Below, one piece after another: positions 41,647 through 50,074 of a stretch of DNA of 64,000 nt (the stretch's first letter is position 1; each line of letters starts with the position of its first letter). The stretch comes from Flavobacteriales bacterium. Its GTDB lineage: Bacteria; Bacteroidota; Bacteroidia; NS11-12g; UBA9320. Under the pieces are notes generated by a model. The model worked only from the letters and a program-made list of their open reading frames with translations, was not told the origin of the DNA and did no database searches. The position numbers were made by a program, and so were the translations under genes. Location: positions 522,143 to 586,142 of the forward strand of contig JACJZT010000003.1 of NCBI GenBank assembly GCA_020635455.1, given 5' to 3'.

Positions 41647-43463
41647 ATCTGATTTTCCCATTAAAGGATTTTGACATAGGAAATATTGACAATACTTTTT
41701 TCTTCTCCGAAAATATTTCCGAAAATTACGAAAATGATATTGATCAACTATTTCAATCGTTCCTAAATTTGAATAAAAATAAAGAAATAGTTACTTTTAC
41801 CCTCCCGCTTAATCTGTCAAATAATTTCATGGAGTTCAGCGGGTTAATATTTGCACATCATGTTAGATTATCCAGAGAATTAAAATTTTGTAATGCGCCA
41901 ATCATATTTTATGGGGTTCTGGAATTAGAACAAATACTAAGATTAACTTCCTTAGCAAGAATATTGCTTACAGATAATGTTCTATATGTCAATATGGTTA
42001 AATATTCATTCCAGGATATTCAAAGGGCTATTAAAAAGTATCGATTAAAACCGTTTGATTTAAATAGATTTATTGATCAAATTCAATTAATTCCTCCTTC
42101 AAATTACAATTCTCACCATGGTATTGACAATGAATTTGCATTAATCCAATGGTCAAACTATATTGGTTGTTTTGACAGACTTCCTCAGCAGTTTAGAAAA
42201 GAATTTGTAAGTAATTTGTACTTTAAATATTTAAAAGCAAAAAATTCAATTTTTGCATTTGGTGAATATAATCCTATTAAGATTTCGTCCTCAGAAAATA
42301 CTCGGATATTATTAGTAGACGACGAGGCTTACAAGGGCTGGAAGTCTTTTTACGAGTCATTTTTTCATAATTCCAACGTAGAATTTGAAGACTCCGGCAT
42401 AGATTTTAAAAATAAAGATAAAGATGAGCTTATTAAAATGATTGAATCAAAGGTTAGAGAATTCAAACCGCATATCATTTTGCTAGATATCAGATTGCAT
42501 GATAGTGATTTCGAGCAAAATATTTTACCAGAATGCTTAACCGGTATAGAACTTCTAGAGAAAATAAAAACAATAAATAGTGGCATCCAAATTTTAATAA
42601 CAACAGCTTCCAATAAAGCATGGAATTATAACTTGGCCAAACAAAAAGGAGCGTACGATTTTATCATTAAAGATGGATTTGAAAATCCAGAATATTCATT
42701 AAAAAGACTAGTCTTTTCAATAGAAATAGCTGCAAAAAGAGCGATTTTTTTAAAAAACGTACGAAAACGGATAAATTTAATAATTAAGCTTATTAACGAA
42801 AATCCTCAATTCGATTATAATGAAAAAGATGGCTTGGTAAGTCAAATTGAAAATAATAATATATTAAGAAACAAGTTTCTTTCAGACCTCAATTCAGCTT
42901 TTGCATTATTGGATATCAGTTGTGAAGACCCTAACAAGTTAAAATATTATTCATATTGCTATCTACAGTTATTTATTTGTATTGAAGAATTCGTAAATCT
43001 GGAATCTGTTTTCGAAATTGTTGGTGACCAAAGTTTTGTAATCCACAGCCTAAAGAGAATTTGTGTTTCAAAGCGAAGTGATGATACTGTAGAACAAGCA
43101 ATTAAATTTAATAAAAATAATAATGGTAAGTACATAATTGAGAAATGTTCAAAAAAATTCATAAGGCTTGATACGAATTTTTTAGTTTCCTCCATCTTAA
43201 TATTTAAGTACGGAAATGAAAATTCAAGCGAGAATAATTGGACAAAAGTATACAAACAACGAAATGAGATAGTTCATGAAGGATCTATGCCAAATGAAAA
43301 CCAAATATTTGATTTACTCGATTTTATTCGATATTTTTTTAACGCAAAGAATGAAAATAGTGACAATTTAGATAAAGGCTTAATTCCCATTTCAGATGAA
43401 GAAAAATTGCAGTTATTAAAGCAAAAAATTAATACTAGCGAAAATGGTAAAAGCATATTTTAA
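41643..43463 (+). CDS. hypothetical protein with an embedded CheY-like receiver (REC) domain (RT operon gene 3)
   Basis: The central segment (RILLVDDE ... HIILLDIRL ... ILITTAS ... DFIIK) matches the REC D-D/D/T/K pattern. Flanking domains are unrecognised. 606 aa. Confidence 0.55.
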   Translation: MNLIFPLKDFDIGNIDNTFFFSENISENYENDIDQLFQSFLNLNKNKEIVTFTLPLNLSNNFMEFSGLIFAHHVRLSRELKFCNAPIIFYGVLELEQILRLTSLARILLTDNVLYVNMVKYSFQDIQRAIKKYRLKPFDLNRFIDQIQLIPPSNYNSHHGIDNEFALIQWSNYIGCFDRLPQQFRKEFVSNLYFKYLKAKNSIFAFGEYNPIKISSSENTRILLVDDEAYKGWKSFYESFFHNSNVEFEDSGIDFKNKDKDELIKMIESKVREFKPHIILLDIRLHDSDFEQNILPECLTGIELLEKIKTINSGIQILITTASNKAWNYNLAKQKGAYDFIIKDGFENPEYSLKRLVFSIEIAAKRAIFLKNVRKRINLIIKLINENPQFDYNEKDGLVSQIENNNILRNKFLSDLNSAFALLDISCEDPNKLKYYSYCYLQLFICIEEFVNLESVFEIVGDQSFVIHSLKRICVSKRSDDTVEQAIKFNKNNNGKYIIEKCSKKFIRLDTNFLVSSILIFKYGNENSSENNWTKVYKQRNEIVHEGSMPNENQIFDLLDFIRYFFNAKNENSDNLDKGLIPISDEEKLQLLKQKINTSENGKSIF

Positions 43464-44433
43464 AAATATACGGAAGTCAATATTAAATGAATTACTTAAT
43501 GCGAGTAAAAGTGTTAAGGTTGCTGTATACTGGTTCACCAATCATGATCTTTTTGATATGCTATACCAAAAACAATTGAGCGGTGTTCAATGTGAATTAA
43601 TTATACACAATGATTATATTAACAATAGAGAAACGGGTTTGCCCTTCCAAAAGCTCATAGATGCTGGAGGTAAATTTTTTTTTTCGGATGAAGTAAATCC
43701 AATGCACAATAAATTTTGCATAATCGATAACCAGGTTTTAATTAATGGCTCATATAACTGGACCTATTACGCCGAAAGCAAGAACAGAGAGAATATTCTC
43801 ATTATCAAGCAAGAACCAGTAGCTTTAGCATCTTTCAACGAAGAATTTGAAAAATTAGTAGGTCTTATTGAACCTGTTAATAATCTTAACCCAACTACAA
43901 AGTTTGAGGTAGATGAAAACAATTTACTTAGGGCACAGGACTACTTAGCTCATGATATCGTTTTTCAGGCAAAAGCAACCAATAAACCTGAAATTGTACA
44001 ATCAGCATTTGATATAGCCCCTAACAATTTAGAAATACAAAAAATAGCCTATAATTTGGATTTAGTAAAAAAATACAAATTAAAACACTCGGTAGGTGTT
44101 GGAATTGTAAATGACGAGGTAAAATTTATAGCTAAAAAGGGGGCTTCTATCCCAGCTACTTTTACCACTATAGTCAGGACAAGTTATAGTAATCAAACCA
44201 AAAGCGTAACCGATATTGTTTTCGGTGAACAAGAGAAAGCAACAATAAATAGGAAATTGACGGTAATGACTTTAAATGGTCTTCCAAAGAAACCGGCGGG
44301 AAAAGCTGAGGTTAAATTCACTTTTTCAATAGATCTTATGGGTAAAATTAGGATAGAAAAGATGTCTTTGGACAATGGTAAAAAAGAAATCATTAATCAA
44401 AATGCTAAATGGTTGATAGAAGAGAATTTTTAA
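43444..44433 (+). CDS. Phospholipase-D-family (HKD) nuclease-like domain fused to an Hsp70 substrate-binding-domain-like beta-sandwich (RT operon gene 4)
   Basis: HKD motif (HNKFCIIDNQVLINGSYNWT). The C-terminal roughly 100 aa align by eye with DnaK SBD-beta (IAKkgasIPatfttivrTsysNQtksvtdivfGEqe ... LnGlPkkPaGkaevkFTFsIDlmGkiriekmslDnGKkeI). Confidence 0.6.
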   Translation: MVKAYFKNIRKSILNELLNASKSVKVAVYWFTNHDLFDMLYQKQLSGVQCELIIHNDYINNRETGLPFQKLIDAGGKFFFSDEVNPMHNKFCIIDNQVLINGSYNWTYYAESKNRENILIIKQEPVALASFNEEFEKLVGLIEPVNNLNPTTKFEVDENNLLRAQDYLAHDIVFQAKATNKPEIVQSAFDIAPNNLEIQKIAYNLDLVKKYKLKHSVGVGIVNDEVKFIAKKGASIPATFTTIVRTSYSNQTKSVTDIVFGEQEKATINRKLTVMTLNGLPKKPAGKAEVKFTFSIDLMGKIRIEKMSLDNGKKEIINQNAKWLIEENF

Positions 44434-44618
44434 CCATAAACATTTTTCTAAAACCTCAAATAAATTCAATCTATGAAATTTTGAATATTAATAAATTAAA
44501 TAAATGGGAATCTTTCTACTTTTTGTGCGAAAAACTGTGTAAGTACGCCTTTTTCTGTCTGGGTTAAAATTGATTTTCAAATATGTTTGACTGACCTCCT
44601 CTCTAAGAACGAGACCAT

Positions 44619-46850
44619 CTAAGAAATATGCTTCGAGATCAATGTATTGACGAAAAGTATGTTCCCGATCGCATCGTAGCCTTCAAAAAACTCGAATGCA
44701 TTTCCGGATTTAATAACGCTTTCATGAAAACCAAGTATGGTGAGATCCGCATCAACGGAGTGCTTATTGATCAGCTCTTTTCGATTCATACCTTCTTCGA
44801 TCTGCATTACCTGTATGTTGTTTACCGAAATAGGCAATCTTCCACTTGAGATCAGGTCGATCAATTGTTGCTGTTCCTTTGTCAGGTTCTCTTTTGAAAA
44901 TGTTGCAAAGATCTTGATCACACCATTTCTCCAATCCGGATGTCCCATAATGATGTATGACATCAATATCATCAGGTTGGCATTGTCAAAATCTTCCTTG
45001 TGGATCCATACATGGATGTATTTTCGATAGCCAAAATTTTTGTCGGAACTGGATAAAATGCACAGATCGTATTTTCCGGTCTTTAGCACACTGTAGTTTT
45101 CAATAATTTCACCAAGCCATTCACGTTGACCTTTTTTAAACTCAAATAGCATCATGTTGTTCGGCTGCCCCGAAATTCCGGGTTGCTGAATGGCCTGAAC
45201 AATTGCAGCCGTATTGGATGGCGAGATCAGTGTTTCGAGAAACACATTCGATTTTGAAGATGATGAGATCTCGATCAGTTTCTGAAGCTTTTTATCTGCT
45301 TTGGCCTTTGACTCTTTTGAATAATAAGCCTTTTCGAAATGTATATAGGTTCCGAAACCGTATCGGTAAGAGATCCATTTCATCATTTCAAGTGCACTGT
45401 ATCGCTCAAAGCTGTCTTGAGACAGACAGATCACGGCAGGCCGCCAGTCTTCTTCCTTATTGTCTTTTTCCGATTTCTGCAAAAACACCTGCATGGTTCT
45501 GCTAAATTGATGTATCACTCCCTGGAAGATCGTTGCCATTCCTTTTTTGGTATCTGAACGTGTGGTGATGTAGAAATAAATGGAAACCATTACGATTACC
45601 GATACCAACGCGTATCCTGTGTTTATTTTAAACATCAGGTAGATACAAAGTATCGCCCCAAGCAGGGAGAGATACCATTTTGATTTAAAAGAAGGCCGAT
45701 AGGAAGGGTCGGCAGCAAAATGCTGTAAAAACGAGATCAAACACAAGGAACCATAAGTTACCATAAAGAACATCGAGATCACTTCAGCTACAGCATTCAC
45801 GTCGCCAAGCAAAACAAAGAACAAGGCAATGGCTCCGGTAACGATGGTGGCATTCCGGGGTTCATTATTTTTATCGGTTCCTTTGGCAAGCCAGTTGTTG
45901 ATGTTTTTTCTCACAAAAACATTATCGCCCCCTATTGCCTGTAAAGTTCGGGGAGCGACCATGATCGAACCCAATGCAGAGGAAATGGTTGCAGCAGCCA
46001 GACCAATAGGGACAATTGGTCCCCATAATGCGATCTTACTCATGATAAGCTGATCGTTTACAAGATCTTCCGGGCTGGCAGAAATACTGAGTTTAATGGC
46101 GATAAGGATATAGATCACCATACCCGTAATGGTTGCTGCAAGGGTACCAACCGGTATGGATTTTCCTGGATTGGCCAGATCACCCGACAAACCTACTCCT
46201 GCTGTCATGCCGGTAAATGCCGGAAAAATTATAGCAAAAACAAAGAAAAATCCCTGATCGGGACCTGCAGTATTGAAGAGGTCCGATGTGTTGAGGTGCG
46301 CACTGTATTCGGTACTACCGAGGAAGAAAAAAAGTAAAGAAACGATCAATATGGCCACCACAACATAAAGAGCCTTCATGCCCAGATCTGCCCCTCTTTT
46401 CAGCATAATGTAAATGAGAATCAACAAGGCCGGAATACTGAAAACCCTGCTATCGGTTAATTGAATTCCCATTTGCGATGATAGCCAAACCTTCACCCCT
46501 TCAAACGATTCGGCGAAGGCAAGAATATAGAAAGCCACACTTACGGCTTGAGAAAGATATAGGGCAATTCCAATGGCTGCTCCAATGTTTACCCCGAATG
46601 ACCTGGAAATAATGTAATACTCACCACCTCCTTCAACTTTTTGATTGGTTGCTATTTCGGCAAGAGCCATCGCTGTTGGTATGGTAACCAGATGGGCAAT
46701 TACAATAATGGCCAGGGTACCCATTAAGCCTACTGAACCAACCGCGTAGCCAAATCTCAGGAACATTATTGCACCCAAAATGGTTGAAATAGCAGTTAAG
46801 AAAACAGGAAGGGTCCCGAAATTAGCCTTGTTATGTTGAAAATCATTCAT
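44619..46850 (-). CDS. APC-superfamily permease (amino-acid/cation-chloride-cotransporter-like) with a large cytoplasmic C-terminal domain
   Basis: About 12 TM helices in an APC-type arrangement, plus a roughly 300-aa soluble C-terminus. 743 aa. Confidence 0.6.
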   Translation of the reverse strand: MNDFQHNKANFGTLPVFLTAISTILGAIMFLRFGYAVGSVGLMGTLAIIVIAHLVTIPTAMALAEIATNQKVEGGGEYYIISRSFGVNIGAAIGIALYLSQAVSVAFYILAFAESFEGVKVWLSSQMGIQLTDSRVFSIPALLILIYIMLKRGADLGMKALYVVVAILIVSLLFFFLGSTEYSAHLNTSDLFNTAGPDQGFFFVFAIIFPAFTGMTAGVGLSGDLANPGKSIPVGTLAATITGMVIYILIAIKLSISASPEDLVNDQLIMSKIALWGPIVPIGLAAATISSALGSIMVAPRTLQAIGGDNVFVRKNINNWLAKGTDKNNEPRNATIVTGAIALFFVLLGDVNAVAEVISMFFMVTYGSLCLISFLQHFAADPSYRPSFKSKWYLSLLGAILCIYLMFKINTGYALVSVIVMVSIYFYITTRSDTKKGMATIFQGVIHQFSRTMQVFLQKSEKDNKEEDWRPAVICLSQDSFERYSALEMMKWISYRYGFGTYIHFEKAYYSKESKAKADKKLQKLIEISSSSKSNVFLETLISPSNTAAIVQAIQQPGISGQPNNMMLFEFKKGQREWLGEIIENYSVLKTGKYDLCILSSSDKNFGYRKYIHVWIHKEDFDNANLMILMSYIIMGHPDWRNGVIKIFATFSKENLTKEQQQLIDLISSGRLPISVNNIQVMQIEEGMNRKELINKHSVDADLTILGFHESVIKSGNAFEFFEGYDAIGNILFVNTLISKHIS

Positions 46851-47074
46851 TATTGAAGTAAGAGGTTTATTTCTTTACTGTATTGAAAGTGGGGTCAAAA
46901 TTAGGATTAAATGTTGTTTAGCCGAATTAATATGTGAAATAATTAGGTCAATATCCTTAAACACCAGATTGGGATCCTTGAAAAATTAAGAATATGTGCC
47001 ACATCAGAAACCTTACACAAACCATGTGCTGTACGAATTATTTGTTAGAACTAAATCAGGTTTATAGTGATGGC

Positions 47075-49285
47075 TTATTGTTCAACAGAGATCACCTCGT
47101 GAAACCTTAAGGCAAAGTTCACCATGGCTTTTATCTCCCCAACACCACTATGGCGTTCTTTGTCCATGATCAGAATTCCTCCCTTTCCGTTTGATTCGAT
47201 ATGGTAATAATTATTGCTTTCCAGAAACAGGATAAGGTCGTCGTTAAAGAAACGTCGTATAGCTCTCAGATTGTCTGCCCTTAGTGCAAATCTGTTTGCA
47301 AAGTCCCTGAAAGTTCGCAAACGGATCTCCTTATAACTTCCAAGATAGTGCAATCGTTCGTAAAGATCGCCTTTGCTTAGTGTAAATGCGGGAATCTCCT
47401 TGCCGGCATCAATGTATACCATACTGGCATGCAATTCTTCTTCGGCAATAAAAAAACCTTCGGAATACTCAATATCAAAAATTCTGAAAATTTCTTTCTT
47501 ATCTTTTCCAATGTTGTACAAATGATCCACTTGTCGGGTCCTGAAATAATCAAATTCCGCAAGAAAATACATGTGATAGTCGTTCTTGTGCTCAAAATCC
47601 CAGCCAATATCCTGGCAAAACTTATCGATCATTTTTTGCCGCCTGGTCATTCTGGACTCATCCGGAACAAAAGGCACAAATTCGAGAGCCCTTCTTAAGG
47701 ATGAGGGGTGTTCGCTTTCCGCATTGTGTAAATCCAGTCCGATCACTTCAAATTCACCGCCATTGATATCAAAACTGTGTTCATAATCCCACATGTTCTG
47801 CATAACAGTATGGTCAACAAACCTGCTTTGAAGAAAATCCACTACCACTTTTTTTTCGGTACCCACTTTGTCAAGAGTTTGTTTTAAACGATAAAAATTC
47901 AAAAAGGAACTGAAATGTTTAACCGAAACATGGAGTTTGCCATCCGGTTCGTCAAAGGTTTCAATGTTATTTTTAAATATATTTTCAAAAAACAACCTAA
48001 AATTTTTGGTGAGATAAATGTGCGTTAAAAGGGTTACGAAAATTCCAACAAGTATCCCGGCAATAATGCTTGAAAGTATGGTTGTCATTAAAGTAATTGT
48101 AAAAATAAATACCTGCTCTTTACCAATTTCTGAGATCTTTTTAATAATGGCCGGAGACGCCAGTTTATAACCGGTATATACTAAAATCGCAGCTAAGGTT
48201 GGAAACGGAATGTGCTGTAATTGTTTTTTAAAAAGCAAAATGAACAAGACCAGGAACATTCCATGAAAGAAATTTGAACTTCGGTTTGTTGCGTTATTGT
48301 TTGCATTGACCGAACTGCGGGCAATAACGGTTACCACATTTAATCCACCAAAAAATGCGGAAACCATGGTTGCAAGTCCGAGAGCTTTCAGATCCCGGTT
48401 AACATTCGATCTTCTTCGCAAAGGATCCAGTTTGTCAACCGCTTTTATGGATAATAAGGATTCGATACTTGCGATCACGGTAATTGAAAAAACAGCTAAA
48501 AGAAAATTTCCCGTGAAGGCTTTGGAAAAATCGGGCCTTGGGAAATGTGAAAAAACGTCATTTGGTATGTTCACGAAATATTCCAACGGAATTGGGTGTT
48601 TAACTCCGATGTTGCGTTCAAAAACCCAGGCCAGGCCAATGGAGATCATAACGATCCACATGGGTGCCGGTATCAATTGAAAATATTTATTCCTTATCCT
48701 GGGATAAAGGATCATTATTAATAGGCTTGCCAATCCTGCCAGAGCAGCAGGTAAGCGATATTCGTCGGTGAAACCTTCAAAAATGGCTGCAGGGATACCG
48801 ATCAGCAACTCAATCGTAGAACCCTCAGAATCCATGTTACCTACCATAATATGGAATTGCTTACTGAGAATAATGATCCCAATGGCTGCAAGTAAACCCT
48901 GAATGGCAGATGAAGGGAAAAAATCACTGATCTTGCCAAGAGATGCAAATCCGAGTATTAGAATGATAAAACCCGAACACATTATGGCGGCCAAAGTATA
49001 TAGATACCCTTGAAACAAATCACCTTCACCCATAAGGGTTATGGCTCCAAGTACAGCGACAACGAGTCCGTTACCGGGTCCCGAAATGGTTACATGTGAA
49101 CCTCCAAAAACAGAAACGATCACACCTCCAACAACTGCCGACACTATACCTGCAATAGGAGGTGCTCCGGAAGCAAGTGCCAGTCCCAATCCTAATGGAA
49201 GGGCAATAAGTGAAACCACGAAGCCTGCGAACAGGTTGCCCGGTATTTCACCTATGAACTTTGATATGTTTCCTTTTTGCTTCAA
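47075..49285 (-). CDS. SulP-family anion transporter with a STAS domain and an additional C-terminal extension
   Basis: N-terminal SulP signature region (GLALASGAPPIAGIVSAVVGGVIVSVFGGS), a multi-TM core, and a STAS-like segment followed by roughly 190 extra aa. 736 aa. Confidence 0.7.
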   Translation of the reverse strand: MKQKGNISKFIGEIPGNLFAGFVVSLIALPLGLGLALASGAPPIAGIVSAVVGGVIVSVFGGSHVTISGPGNGLVVAVLGAITLMGEGDLFQGYLYTLAAIMCSGFIILILGFASLGKISDFFPSSAIQGLLAAIGIIILSKQFHIMVGNMDSEGSTIELLIGIPAAIFEGFTDEYRLPAALAGLASLLIMILYPRIRNKYFQLIPAPMWIVMISIGLAWVFERNIGVKHPIPLEYFVNIPNDVFSHFPRPDFSKAFTGNFLLAVFSITVIASIESLLSIKAVDKLDPLRRRSNVNRDLKALGLATMVSAFFGGLNVVTVIARSSVNANNNATNRSSNFFHGMFLVLFILLFKKQLQHIPFPTLAAILVYTGYKLASPAIIKKISEIGKEQVFIFTITLMTTILSSIIAGILVGIFVTLLTHIYLTKNFRLFFENIFKNNIETFDEPDGKLHVSVKHFSSFLNFYRLKQTLDKVGTEKKVVVDFLQSRFVDHTVMQNMWDYEHSFDINGGEFEVIGLDLHNAESEHPSSLRRALEFVPFVPDESRMTRRQKMIDKFCQDIGWDFEHKNDYHMYFLAEFDYFRTRQVDHLYNIGKDKKEIFRIFDIEYSEGFFIAEEELHASMVYIDAGKEIPAFTLSKGDLYERLHYLGSYKEIRLRTFRDFANRFALRADNLRAIRRFFNDDLILFLESNNYYHIESNGKGGILIMDKERHSGVGEIKAMVNFALRFHEVISVEQ

Positions 49286-49457
49286 TCTTTTTTTTAAAGC
49301 CGTTTTAAAACTTGTTTCTGTTTAAGGGTCTTTGTTTAAGTTCCGGGAACGATTTTTAAAAATGTTCCTTTACCTGCGACAAACCACCAACCGGCCCTTT
49401 TGCTTATGCTTCAGTACCGTTCCTGAACTTTTGGTTTTCCGGGCAAATGCCGGAGTA

Positions 49458-49895
49458 TCAGGCTAATATTTCCTTTAAATTTCCAATAAATGCGGATTCA
49501 GCCTTGTTGATACCAAAAAAGGCTCCTGCAATGTTGTTGGAAGTGGTTAAAATAAGTTGTTTGATGTCATCGGTAAACAATTCAGAATTACTTTCCTTAA
49601 ATTTTCTAAAATCTTCAAGTATTTGTTCATTATTCCAATCGTTTTCCATAAGCCACTCAAAAACAATTTCAATATGGTACGCAAGATCCGTCCCGAATTC
49701 ATCATGTGAATCTTCAACTTTCACCCAATCTGTTCTAATGATCTTTTTTAATTCAAGCAGTTCTTCTTCCCGAACTTTTTTATCGGAAGCGGCCAAAGCA
49801 TAGAATACATTTGCAAGATGCTGATAAAATAAAATATATGCGTGATGTTGATTTTCCATGTATTTTAAACCGTAAAAATAAACGGAAATTGACAA
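49458..49895 (-). CDS. hypothetical protein
   Basis: 145-aa ORF in an otherwise empty gap. No motif recognised. Confidence 0.35.
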   Translation of the reverse strand: MSISVYFYGLKYMENQHHAYILFYQHLANVFYALAASDKKVREEELLELKKIIRTDWVKVEDSHDEFGTDLAYHIEIVFEWLMENDWNNEQILEDFRKFKESNSELFTDDIKQLILTTSNNIAGAFFGINKAESAFIGNLKEILA

Positions 49896-50074
49896 AAAAC
49901 AACGGAAAAAATGAGAAATAAGGTACTTGATGTAAACCGATTCTTTTTATGATTTAATTTTCAGTCGATTAATTCAATTTAACCTTAAAGACCAAATTCT
50001 AATGTGAATCACATAATTTTAACAGAATTTGGAATTTCATTTTAATTGTTATTTTTTTATAAAAAATTACTTAC

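Noticed and set aside
10405-44620. A classic integrase-mediated genomic island with an att direct repeat of the tRNA 3' end
   Set aside because: No tyrosine or serine recombinase ORF and no copy of the tRNA-Pro 3' segment was found at the distal boundary. The region is therefore reported as a tRNA-adjacent defence island only.
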